In this document: positions 9,115 through 18,480 of the stretch, in pieces | Layout: each line of letters starts with the position of its first letter | Position numbering within the stretch: the first letter of the stretch is position 1 | From: Candidatus Bathyarchaeia archaeon | Lineage (GTDB): Archaea > Thermoproteota > Bathyarchaeia > Bathyarchaeales > Bathycorpusculaceae | Assembly: GCA_050010515.1 (NCBI GenBank) | Contig: JBEKKX010000025.1 | Location: forward strand, 1 to 34,975 | Reading direction: 5' to 3' | DNA length: 34,975 nucleotides | Notes under the pieces: model-generated | Told to the model about the DNA's origin: nothing | What the model saw: only the letters and a program-made list of their open reading frames with translations | Databases searched by the model: none | Program-made: the position numbers and the translations under genes

Positions 9115-9927
9115 TAAAGTTTCTTAGCCTCTAAATTGAGCGTTCGTATCTAATGGAAAAGCGTCTTATTAAAACAATTTGACATGTTTAAGGTAATTGT
9201 TCTTGTGAGCATGCATGATTAAATCATTCTATTTTGGTTGTTTTAATAATGCAAACAAAGCCAGCATTATTTGTAAGAGCTTGTACGCTTTGTTTACCTT
9301 TTTTGATGGCGAGAAAAGGGGTCTATTACTTCTTCGGTTGTATCGCTGTTGCTTTTCGTTGATAACCTACTGTGTGCATCCTGAGAAGACGTACAAAAAA
9401 ATATGCCGAAGAGAACTATTATCTCAGTAATGGCGTGGAGTTTACCCGCTCAGAGCCACTTAACCCACATAATTTGTTCAAGGGGCTTGCATTCCCCTTT
9501 TTCTCCTAATTCCGGGTCAAGCGGTTCTGTAACTTTCATCTCAAATTTTTCCATCAAGAGTTAACCATAGCATTGTACGAAACTTAATTTTATGCTAAAT
9601 TATTTTTCTCTTGAGGTTGATTAAGTTTGAGTTATAGAGGAAACTCCAAAGTTCTTACGGAATTAGAAAACCAGCGTTTTTCATGCCAGAAGAAGCAACT
9701 GTGCAAAGCGGACAGATGGAAAGCTTACAAGCACCATAGCTAAATCGCCTGAATTCTTTCTCTTTTGTTCTTATAGAGGAATTCAAGACGCTGCATGGAT
9801 TTTTTCTCATACGCAGTATCATCTTTATTTCAAAACAGCGTGATGGTCAGTTTTGTGGTCTTTAAAATTAAGCGAAGTTAAAGTAGGAATCTACGAAGAC
9901 AACGATCAAGTATCAGACGTATAAATG

Positions 9928-10479
9928 CTAAGCGGCTAACACAGCAACATAACACTTCAAATCTTCATTATCAACAAAAGAAACTATCTTCAAACCAGAG
10001 CTATCAAGAACATCCATGAATGTATTGAGCGCAAAAGCCTTCTTCAACCCAGTCACCACAACCTTGCCGCCAAGTTTGGCAACCCGTTTTAACTCCTTTA
10101 ATGTTTCAGAGGGCTCTGGCATGTTCTGAAGCACTGTGAACGCGAAACCAACGTCAAAAAATGCTTCTCTAAAAGGTAAGTGGTCAGCGTCAGCCTGCAA
10201 AACCAGTACATTCTGAAAAGCATGCGCTTGTTCTTTAGCTTTAAGCAAGAGTTTGCGTGAAACATCAACGCCCACCAGTACCTTTGCCTTTGCTGCCGCA
10301 TAGCTGAAAAACAAGCCTGAGCCGCATCCGACGTCCAAAACAGCGCAGTCGGCTACGTCTACGTTTTCCAATGCTGCCCCGTATTTTGCCTTCTGTTCTT
10401 GGGCATATCGCTCTTCATACATTTCAGCTGTTAAATCATAACGTTGCATTACCTTGCGCTTGTCTTTCCAGCCTGTCAC
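9928..10479 (-). CDS. Class I SAM-dependent methyltransferase
   Basis: VLDVGCGSG motif I, GVDVS, ADADHLPF. Confidence 0.9.
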   Translation of the reverse strand: MTGWKDKRKVMQRYDLTAEMYEERYAQEQKAKYGAALENVDVADCAVLDVGCGSGLFFSYAAAKAKVLVGVDVSRKLLLKAKEQAHAFQNVLVLQADADHLPFREAFFDVGFAFTVLQNMPEPSETLKELKRVAKLGGKVVVTGLKKAFALNTFMDVLDSSGLKIVSFVDNEDLKCYVAVLAA

Positions 10480-10529
10480 TTCTGGGTTCCTTCAAGAAAT
10501 CTTATTTACCTAAGACCTGACTAAAATAG

Positions 10530-11336
10530 TTGGCTGAAAACAAATTGCAACAACCAGACAAAATTTCTGTCCTTACAGAACCAACACTTGCGGAAGCTGC
10601 CAAGCTAATCGAGAAAGCCTTCGCCCAAAGAAGAACCCTCATCGTTGCAGGCGCATGCAAAGTAAACTATGCTGGCAGGGCAAGTTCAACTCTTGAATCT
10701 GGCGAACGCATTTTAATCATCAAAGCTGACGGCTCGCTTCTTGTTCACCGCCCAGTCGGCTATGAACCAGTCAACTGGCAACCCGCAGGCAGCATATTCC
10801 ACGTCCAAGTCAAAGACGACGAGCTAGAGGTTCGGGGGATTCGGCAGAAGCCGCGTGAAAGCGTCCGCGTAACCTTCGACAGGGTCTATATGGTTTCCGC
10901 GCTTGACCTGTCAGATTCAGGAGATTTTCTTTTACATGCAAGCGAAGATGATATGCATCGTGCGATTCTTCTGAAGCCTGAACTTCTCGAAGAGGGTTTC
11001 AAGCCGATTAGCTGGGAGAAAAAAGTTGAGCCAGGCTTCGTGGACATCTACGGTGAAGACAAAAACGGCAAACTCGTCATAGTTGAAGTTAAACGCAAAA
11101 CCGCATCGAAAGAGGCTGCGCTGCAGTTGGCAAAGTACATTGAACCCATCAAAGCCAAGGTTAACCGTGAGGTTCGTGCGGTGCTGGTTGCCCCTAGCCT
11201 TGGCAAGGACGTGCAGAGAATGCTGGTCACGCTTGGATTGGAGTACAAGGCGCTAGACCCGAAAACCTGTGCTGAAGTTCTCAAGAAGACTGAAAACGCG
11301 AAGCTGGAAACGTTCTTCAACCAGAAAGAACAGTGA
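10530..11336 (+). CDS. nucS: Mismatch endonuclease NucS/EndoMS
   Basis: YAGRASSTL, IKADGSLLVH, PVNWQP and the RecB-like VDIYGED...IVEVKR...QLAKY motifs. Confidence 0.95.
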   Translation: MAENKLQQPDKISVLTEPTLAEAAKLIEKAFAQRRTLIVAGACKVNYAGRASSTLESGERILIIKADGSLLVHRPVGYEPVNWQPAGSIFHVQVKDDELEVRGIRQKPRESVRVTFDRVYMVSALDLSDSGDFLLHASEDDMHRAILLKPELLEEGFKPISWEKKVEPGFVDIYGEDKNGKLVIVEVKRKTASKEAALQLAKYIEPIKAKVNREVRAVLVAPSLGKDVQRMLVTLGLEYKALDPKTCAEVLKKTENAKLETFFNQKEQ

Positions 11337-11356
11337 TTTGAGCCCTAAGAATGAGT

Positions 11357-11387
11357 CAATTTTGCTAGCGAAAATTAGTAGCTAAAT
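11357..11387. repeat. Dispersed imperfect palindrome, copy 1 (CAATTTTGCTAG-N9-GTAGCTAAAT)
   Basis: 26/31 identical by hand count to the reverse complement of 29769-29799. Confidence 0.6.
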
Positions 11388-11578
11388 AAGAGGAGAAGGT
11401 AGGGTAGTTTTTGGTTAGTAACACTAGGTTTAAAAATAATATGCGGTTGATTGGCGCACTATTGTATGAAAATTACGTCAAAAGTGCGGGTATCCCTCAC
11501 TTGGTCAGTTTCAAAAACAATCTTTGCATGCTAGTTATAGAAGTATCTTTTTAAAAGGTGAATAAGAAAAAATGATGA

Positions 11579-11662
11579 TTACTCTTTGGGCTTGTTGTTT
11601 TCTGGAACGAAAACTGCTGCTGCGACGGTTGTTGTTCATAAGCCGTTTTTGTCTCCTGCTGC
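11579..11662 (-). pseudogene. Duplicated 3' end of pdaD (last 27 codons plus stop)
   Basis: 81/84 nt identical to 12613-12696; includes a TGG>TGA nonsense change. Confidence 0.95.
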
Positions 11663-11820
11663 GAGGACAATCTTGTTTTTTGTTGATCGCATGGTAGCCG
11701 CTTTTTTTTAGCTAAGTTTAAAAAAGTTTATTTCTTTGGAAGCAATGAATTGATACTTAAATACTGGGTGCCCAAAACGGGAATGTCCAGTCTCGGAGAA
11801 ACAAGCGGATGGGATAAGAA

Positions 11821-12048
11821 TTGGGCGAACGCATTGAAGTGAACCCGAAAATTCTAGGCGGAAAACCCGTAATTAAAGGTACAAGAATCCCAGTGTACTT
11901 AATACTGGAACTATTGTCAGCTGGCTATGATTTTAAACGTATAATCAAAGCATATCCCACTCTAACGGAAGAGGACATTAAGGCCGCTGTTAACTATGCT
12001 GCTCAAATTGTTAAGAATGAGGAAGCTTTCGATTACGTGGTGTCCTGA
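11821..12048 (+). CDS. DUF433-family antitoxin (VapB45-like)
   Basis: IEVNPKILGGKPVIKGTRIPV...YPTLTEEDIKAAVNYA signature. Confidence 0.92.
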   Translation: MGERIEVNPKILGGKPVIKGTRIPVYLILELLSAGYDFKRIIKAYPTLTEEDIKAAVNYAAQIVKNEEAFDYVVS

Positions 12049-12412
12049 ATACCGAAATTTTTAGCAGATGAAAAACATTTCTCCTCAAACTATAAAACTG
12101 CTTAGTTCGCTAGGGTATGACGTCAAAGCAGTTGCCGAAACTGGTTCCAAGGGTCATGAAGACAATGAGATTGTAGCCTTAGCGCAGGCAGAAAAACGAG
12201 TTATTATAACTCATGACGTTGGTTTTGGTTCTATCTACTATTTTTCCAAAAGAGGTCAAGTCGGAATCATCATAATAAGAATACATCCGCCAACCATAGA
12301 AGATGTAAACCCCGTCTTGGTAGGTTTCCTTAGCAAAGTAAACTTGGACGAGAAAAGGCTGACTAAAAGTCTAATCGTGTTGAACAGAAAGAAATATCGC
12401 GTTTTAAAATAA
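12049..12412 (+). pseudogene. DUF5615/VapC45-like PIN toxin with frameshifted N-terminus
   Basis: ATA-CCG-AAA-TTT-TTA-GCA-GAT-GAA (xPKFLADE) from 12049 is out of frame with NISPQT... because of one extra A in the A5 run 12071-12075; later motifs EDNEI and RVIITHDVGFG are intact. Confidence 0.8.
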
Positions 12413-12612
12413 TCATGCTAATAATCTATTTACATAATTCTTGAGCTGGTTAAGAAATAGCTTTTTTCTAATCCAAGTGGTTAGTTATCTTTATCTTGTC
12501 ACTACGTTAAGGGTTTCAAATTTCTTGCCTGCAGAAGCGAAAGGTTTTCGAGTCAATTACTAAACATGACTAAAGGCGCTTTTAGTAAAAGCAAGAATGA
12601 ATAAAAACGAAA

Positions 12613-13176
12613 TTATTCTTTGGGCTTGTTGTTTTCTGGAACGAAAACTGCTGCTGCGACGGTTGTTGTCCATAAGCCGTTTTTTTCTCCTGCTGCCGAC
12701 TGGGTTATGTTGGCTGTTTTGATGATTAGCCCTGTGGTTTTGAAGAGTTGTTTGCGTTCGTCCCATGCGGTTTCGGGGTCAAATTGGATGCCCATGGTTG
12801 TTGCAAGCATTGTTGCTGCTAAGTCTTCTGCGTAGTCGCCTGCTGTCTCGTCCGTTTGACCGTGAGAGTGGTGCTCTGAGAGGTAGCCGTACTGGTTTTT
12901 GCCTGATGGAATAGCTATGCCGATGGATGATGCGACAAGCCTGTGCGGTTCGTTGGTTGAGTTTCTAGCTATGACGACGAAGGTGATTTCGCCGGGTTGC
13001 ACCATTTTCAAGCCTTTGTCGCGTGGGAGCTGTTCGCATCCAGGTGGTACAATGCTTGAAACGCTAACCAAGTTGCACATTTGTATGCCTGCGTCTCTTA
13101 GGGCTAATTCGAAAGATTGGAGTAGCTCTTTGTGTTTGCCAACCCCTTTTGTTAGAAAGAAGTATTTGGGTATCAT
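12613..13176 (-). CDS. pdaD: Pyruvoyl-dependent arginine decarboxylase
   Basis: [22 protein letters not shown] (Ser-Ser autocleavage site), [18 protein letters not shown]. Confidence 0.93.
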   Translation of the reverse strand: MIPKYFFLTKGVGKHKELLQSFELALRDAGIQMCNLVSVSSIVPPGCEQLPRDKGLKMVQPGEITFVVIARNSTNEPHRLVASSIGIAIPSGKNQYGYLSEHHSHGQTDETAGDYAEDLAATMLATTMGIQFDPETAWDERKQLFKTTGLIIKTANITQSAAGEKNGLWTTTVAAAVFVPENNKPKE

Positions 13177-13690
13177 ATGGTGTCGGAAAATAGGATTGCA
13201 GAATGCATTTAAAAAGGTTTTTATGGAGAAGTCTCCTGCGCCATCTTCCCTTTTCTTTTTTGAATTAGTCTATTGGTCGTAACCCGCGAGCGATATGACC
13301 CACAAACACTTCTATTTGTTGAGAATAGCGGAAATTTGATAGTCTAATTCTTTCAAGTTTTGGCAAGCATAGTATTGAAAACGAGCGTTATTGTTAAGCC
13401 TGAAGCCTCCTGATTGAAATGTGTTGCCGAAGCTGAAAAATACGAGTGTATAGCGTTACCATCACTCTAAATGCGAAAATATAAAGTAGTTCCTCTGCGA
13501 CCTGCTTGCGCCTATATAGCGCAGCCAATGTTGAAATCGCAACACGCATGCACGAAAAATGGAACAGTGTGCCTACGCAATTGTTCTTCTTCCACCAAGA
13601 TAAACAAACAGAAAGCAAACTAGGTTAGGCCAAAAGAATAACAATCCTTATCTTCCATTCAATAGAACACCCTTTTAGGATGCACGTAGG

Positions 13691-14089
13691 TTAAGAAATT
13701 TCTACGCGGGTTTTTATGAAGTTATTCATTATTTGGAAAGATAAGTTATAGGCGTTGAATTTTTTTTCGAATATTTCTTTTCCTTTAGGGGTCAAGCAGT
13801 AGATTGTTTTTCCTTTGTCAAAGGTTGGTTCTATCAGTTTATTTTCCTCTAAGAGGTGGAGTTGAGGATATAGCGAAGCTGGGCTGAGCAAAATACCGAA
13901 TTCTCTGTGGATGGTAGCCAAAATTTTGTAGCCGTGCATGGACCGCCTATTCAACATGGCTAAAATTACTATATCTAAAAAAGTCTTGAGTTGCCTTTCA
14001 ATAATCCGCTCATCGAGCAGTGCGTCTTTTTCAATAACTTTCAAGTTTGCTTTCTCCAATATGGACTTTACGATAAAACAAAACTTCAT
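13691..14089 (-). CDS. PadR-family winged-helix regulator
   Basis: LDIVILAML...HGYKI...LSPASLYPQLHLLEENKLI...YCLTPKG; start uncertain. Confidence 0.85.
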   Translation of the reverse strand: MKFCFIVKSILEKANLKVIEKDALLDERIIERQLKTFLDIVILAMLNRRSMHGYKILATIHREFGILLSPASLYPQLHLLEENKLIEPTFDKGKTIYCLTPKGKEIFEKKFNAYNLSFQIMNNFIKTRVEIS

Positions 14090-14273
14090 GTATCAGAAGT
14101 CTTCTCGGTTTTTGACGCAAAACCTGTTGACATTACTTTTCAGCGTAACGTTGGATACTTTTTAGCGTCACGATGACCGTGCTTCATAATGCGTTTTGTG
14201 AGGTATAAGAAGTTGTGACTGTCCTGTCACAATCACAGGATTTGGTGCATTAAATAATTGATTCAGAGGTTGA

Positions 14274-14726
14274 TTATACGTGGGCGGCTGGCAATTCCTT
14301 TACGCGAGTTTCGATGAATTCAACTACCTTTTGTTCGGTAAATTCTCTTTCGTTTTCCTGCAGCTTTATCTGTTCTTTTAGCGTGTTTAGAAGCTTTTCA
14401 ATATCAATAGGTTTAATCATGTAGGCGTCAGCGTTTTTGTTCAAAGCAGTAATAGCGTTCTGCATTGACGGGTAGCCTGTCACCATTATCTTTCGGGTTC
14501 TTGGAACAGCATCCTTCATCAGCTTCAACAGTTCCACTCCTTCTATGTCTGGCAAGCGAATATCTATCAGCACCACGTTGTACGCTGTCTCTTCCGTTCT
14601 TTTGATTGCCTCTCTTCCGGTAGCTGCTAAATCCACGATGTAACCCTCACCTTCAAGGATTGCTTTTACGGTGTTTCTTATGCTCTCGTCGTCGTCAACA
14701 ACAAGGATTCTGGCATGTTTATCCAT
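14274..14726 (-). CDS. Stand-alone response regulator receiver protein
   Basis: ILVVDDD, phosphoacceptor in VLIDIRLPD, MVTG, YMIKP. Confidence 0.93.
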   Translation of the reverse strand: MDKHARILVVDDDESIRNTVKAILEGEGYIVDLAATGREAIKRTEETAYNVVLIDIRLPDIEGVELLKLMKDAVPRTRKIMVTGYPSMQNAITALNKNADAYMIKPIDIEKLLNTLKEQIKLQENEREFTEQKVVEFIETRVKELPAAHV

Positions 14727-17428
14727 GTTTTTTCACCTCTAACCTCCAATTTAGGTTTAATAGGCAAAGTTATTGTGAACGTTGTTCCCTTGTTCACTGC
14801 TGTTTTCACCGTTATCGTGCCCCCGTGCGACTCTACGATGCGTTTGCATATGGCTAAGCCAAAGCCCATGCCCTGCGCTTTAGTCGTGAATAGTGGCGAG
14901 AATATCTTGGGCAAAGTCTCATCAGGTATGCCCATGCCCGTGTCGGCGAAAGCGATTTCCAAGTTGTCTTTTGTTTTGTGGCTTGTGATTTCGAGTGTTC
15001 CCTTCTCAGGCATGGCGTCTACTGCATTCTTTATGAGATTTATGAAAACGCGCATCATTTTATCAGCGTCAACCCTAACCCGACTCTCTTCAAGGACATG
15101 GTTTACAATTTCTATTCTGTCTGGAACCTGAATCATTCGCACCGCTTCTTCCAAAAGTGTGTGTGGCGTGCATTCTGTGAGATCCAGATGCATCTCTCTT
15201 GAGTAGTCCAAAAGGTCATTAATGATTTTGTTTGAGTGGTCGATGGCTTTATCGATGATTTCAAGCATTTCTTTAGCTTGACCTTCGGGACATGTGACCC
15301 CCTTCTTCTTCAAGTAGTAGGCAGCATTTTTGATGCCTGTCAGCGGATTACGCAAGTCGTGACCGACCATTCCAGCCAACTCGCCAATAGCCACCAACCG
15401 TTCAGACTTGACAAGCTGAGCCTGAGCCTGCTCAAGTTTCGCAGTTCTTTCTTTGACCAAACTTTCGAGATGCATAGAGTATTGTTCCAGCTTTTCTTTC
15501 AGTCTCTTGCTTTCCGTAATATCCGTTACTATGCCGAGAATTGCTGGTTCTCCGTTGTAATCGATTACTTTTTGATTGTTGATTACGTCTATTGTTCGTC
15601 CTTTCTTTGAGATTAACTTGTATTCGTATTGATGGCCAATTTCGCCTTTCATGTGTTTGATGAATTTCGACTTCGCCAACTCTTTAGATTCTGGGGCAAT
15701 TAAGTCCATGAAGTTGAACTCCGGAGAATAGAACTCTTCCTTTTTGTATCCAGTGGCTTCCTCGGCTTCTCTGTTAGCGTAGACAATCCTTCCTTTTTGA
15801 TTTATGAAAATCATGTTTGGAGATTGCTCGGCAAGGTTGCGGAACTTCTCTTCTGAGCTTTTGAGCGATGATTCGGCCTTTTCGCGTTCGGTTATGTCTG
15901 CTACGAGGGCGAGTGTTCCAACACGCTTTCCATCGTCATCTGTAATCTGTGACATCGATAAGCTCGTGTATATGAGGGGGCCGTCCTTCATAGGAAACTC
16001 GTATTCGAATTGTACTCCTCCTGGTTGCGGTTGACACAGAAAGAGCTTGGTCATTTTAGCTGTTTGGGGATCCAGAAAATCACAAAGATTTTTTCCGACC
16101 ATTTCACTTTCAGCGTATCCTAACATCTGCGCCATTCGAGGATTAACAAACACGGTGTCATAGCTACTATCCAGCGCCCAAATGCCCTCTTGTGCAGCGT
16201 TAACTAGTTGACGATACTGCGTTTCACTTTCCATTAAGGCATCTTGCACTTTTCGGATCTCTGTTATGTCGTGGAAGACGCAGTAGAGAAACGGTTTGCC
16301 CGCTAATTCAACTACTCTGGTGGTTACTAGAACGTTTCTGATCTCGCCGTTTTTGGTGCGGTGTTTGGTCTCAAACTCATCTCCTCCTTGCCTCACAATT
16401 TTGGCTAAATGGGCTTTTGTTTCGTCAGCTTTCTCTTTTACTTCAAAATCTGAAATGCACAGTTTTGAAAACTCTTCTCGGGAGTAGCCTAGTTGAGTGT
16501 GGGTCACATAATTGAACTCGACAGGCTTTGCGGTTTGTGGGTCAATAACCAAGACACCTAACGGCGCTTCATCAAAAAGGGCATGATAACGTTGTTCTGC
16601 ATCCACAAGTTTCAGGCTCATTTGCTTGCGTTCGGTTATGTCCGTCACAATTCCGAGAATGGCCAGTTCTTCGTTGTAAGTAATGATTTTTGTATTAAGT
16701 ATTGCATCTATTCTCCTTCCATCCTTCGTCATCAATCCATACTCGTATGGCGCGGTATCTTCGCCTTTCGTATGTTTGGCAAAATTCGACACGACCAGCT
16801 CCCTGTTTTCCGGCGTGATTAAATCAAGAAAGCTGAATTCAGAAGAATAGAACTCTTCTTTACTGTATCCCATGCCTTTTTCAGCCTCTGTGTTGGCGTA
16901 CACAACCTTACCTTTCTGACAGATGAAAATCATGTTAGGAGAATGCTCAGCGAGGTTGCGGAACTTTTCTTCTTTTTCTTGAATCTCTTTAACCTTTTCT
17001 TCGACGAGCGCCTCCATTCGCTCAGAATATTCCTTGAGACGCCGCGCGTTTTCTTTTCTAAGAGAGACGTCATGGAACACGACAAGGTTAGCAGGTTGCC
17101 CAGCAAAGCTGACTCTTTTTCCTTTTACCTCAACACACCTGTCTTCGCCCCTTTTAGCTGTAAAACAAACCTCGTATGGCTCAACAGGAGTTCTCTGCAG
17201 TCTCTTCTTCAGATGCTCTAAGAGAACTGCTTTAGTTTCTGCTGTAAAAATATTCAGTTTAACGAAGGGGTTGCCGATTAATTCTTTCCGGCTTACCCCA
17301 GTTACTTCTTCGAACGCATCATTTACTATAAAGAAATTTCCTTTTCCATCAACTATAGCCGCTGGGTCGGATAACAAGTTCAAAAGAACTTTGGCTTTTC
17401 CTCTACTTCTGTAATTCTTCGTGTTCAT
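14678..17428 (-). CDS. Cytoplasmic sensor histidine kinase with five PAS domains
   Basis: Repeated PAS/PAC ends (DVSLRK, DITERK, DITEIR, DITERE, DITESK); H-box VGHDLRNPL; N-box NLIKNAVDAM; DTGMGI; GMGFGLAI. Confidence 0.95.
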   Translation of the reverse strand: MNTKNYRSRGKAKVLLNLLSDPAAIVDGKGNFFIVNDAFEEVTGVSRKELIGNPFVKLNIFTAETKAVLLEHLKKRLQRTPVEPYEVCFTAKRGEDRCVEVKGKRVSFAGQPANLVVFHDVSLRKENARRLKEYSERMEALVEEKVKEIQEKEEKFRNLAEHSPNMIFICQKGKVVYANTEAEKGMGYSKEEFYSSEFSFLDLITPENRELVVSNFAKHTKGEDTAPYEYGLMTKDGRRIDAILNTKIITYNEELAILGIVTDITERKQMSLKLVDAEQRYHALFDEAPLGVLVIDPQTAKPVEFNYVTHTQLGYSREEFSKLCISDFEVKEKADETKAHLAKIVRQGGDEFETKHRTKNGEIRNVLVTTRVVELAGKPFLYCVFHDITEIRKVQDALMESETQYRQLVNAAQEGIWALDSSYDTVFVNPRMAQMLGYAESEMVGKNLCDFLDPQTAKMTKLFLCQPQPGGVQFEYEFPMKDGPLIYTSLSMSQITDDDGKRVGTLALVADITEREKAESSLKSSEEKFRNLAEQSPNMIFINQKGRIVYANREAEEATGYKKEEFYSPEFNFMDLIAPESKELAKSKFIKHMKGEIGHQYEYKLISKKGRTIDVINNQKVIDYNGEPAILGIVTDITESKRLKEKLEQYSMHLESLVKERTAKLEQAQAQLVKSERLVAIGELAGMVGHDLRNPLTGIKNAAYYLKKKGVTCPEGQAKEMLEIIDKAIDHSNKIINDLLDYSREMHLDLTECTPHTLLEEAVRMIQVPDRIEIVNHVLEESRVRVDADKMMRVFINLIKNAVDAMPEKGTLEITSHKTKDNLEIAFADTGMGIPDETLPKIFSPLFTTKAQGMGFGLAICKRIVESHGGTITVKTAVNKGTTFTITLPIKPKLEVRGEKTWINMPESLLLTTTRA

Positions 17429-17819
17429 GTACTAAAACTCCTATTTCCACTTTATCGTCGTTTGCGGCTTCAAAGTTCTGCTGCATGAGGCGCACGTACT
17501 CTTGAAATGCCATCTCTGGAACAATCCACTTTGACAAGGACCATTCATAGGTGGACCACTTGCAGGTTACTTCAAGGTTGGCATGCAGATTTTTCATGAA
17601 CAATATCTCGAGGTGTCGGGCTCCCAAGCCGAAAATTTGCCCCACTACGTTTGAAAAATCATTTAGTTTACTGGGTATTTCCTGTTTTCTAATTTTGAAA
17701 AGGCGTTCGAGGTGAATATAAATTGACGCCTTCCCAGCTTCGCCGAGGCCTGATAATGCTTCGTCTATGGCGCCTAGTAGAACTTGATCAAAATTCTCAT
17801 GCTGACTCAGTTTTGCCAA
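17403..17819 (-). CDS. NitrOD1/DUF3227-like small protein coupled to the kinase
   Basis: LLGAIDEALSGLGE...IYIHLE...EIPSKLNDF...IFGLGARHLE pattern; overlaps the kinase start. Confidence 0.6.
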   Translation of the reverse strand: MAKLSQHENFDQVLLGAIDEALSGLGEAGKASIYIHLERLFKIRKQEIPSKLNDFSNVVGQIFGLGARHLEILFMKNLHANLEVTCKWSTYEWSLSKWIVPEMAFQEYVRLMQQNFEAANDDKVEIGVLVHEHEELQK

Positions 17820-18480
17820 ATATCTTTTTTCCTCGCTTTGGCTTCAACAATCGGCTGCTATTTTTTGAAAACGGTGTTAAATTAAGCTAAGAACATACTA
17901 AAGCGTTATGAACTGTCAATATTAATCGTAAAGAAGGTTCGCCAAATAGACGTCGGAGTGGGTTTTATCGTGTTTTTATGACTGTTGCAACTCTTAAGTT
18001 CATTTCAGGCTTCTTGTTGTTCCATACCTATTGTTCTGAGCATTGAAAGGTCAGGTTGACGTTAGCCTGCTTAGTTGCGGTTTCTCTAAGTGGATTAACA
18101 TCGTTGTTAACCGTGCTTAACGTTTTTCCAACTTTTTTCATTAACGGAATCGGCGTGACCTTAACTGGTCAAATAGTTTTCTCGACTGCATTTCTTTTAT
18201 TTTCTATAAATAGTGCTTTTTCTATGGCTGTATTTGAGTGTTGGAGGCAATTGGCTCGTTTGGGGTCACTTTGCAGGTGAGATTTAGTGATATTTTGGCT
18301 TGGACGGGTAGGCTTGGCCTTTACGTTGCAACCGTTTACTTCTTAATTGCCTTGTTAAGCTCGAGAAAAGACAATAATGAAGTTTGAGAATTTCTCGTTA
18401 TATTTAACCGAAAAAATAACGGATTTTTTTTATACTTCAAATTTGAATATGCTTAAAAGTATGACGGGTGAAGCTTAGGT

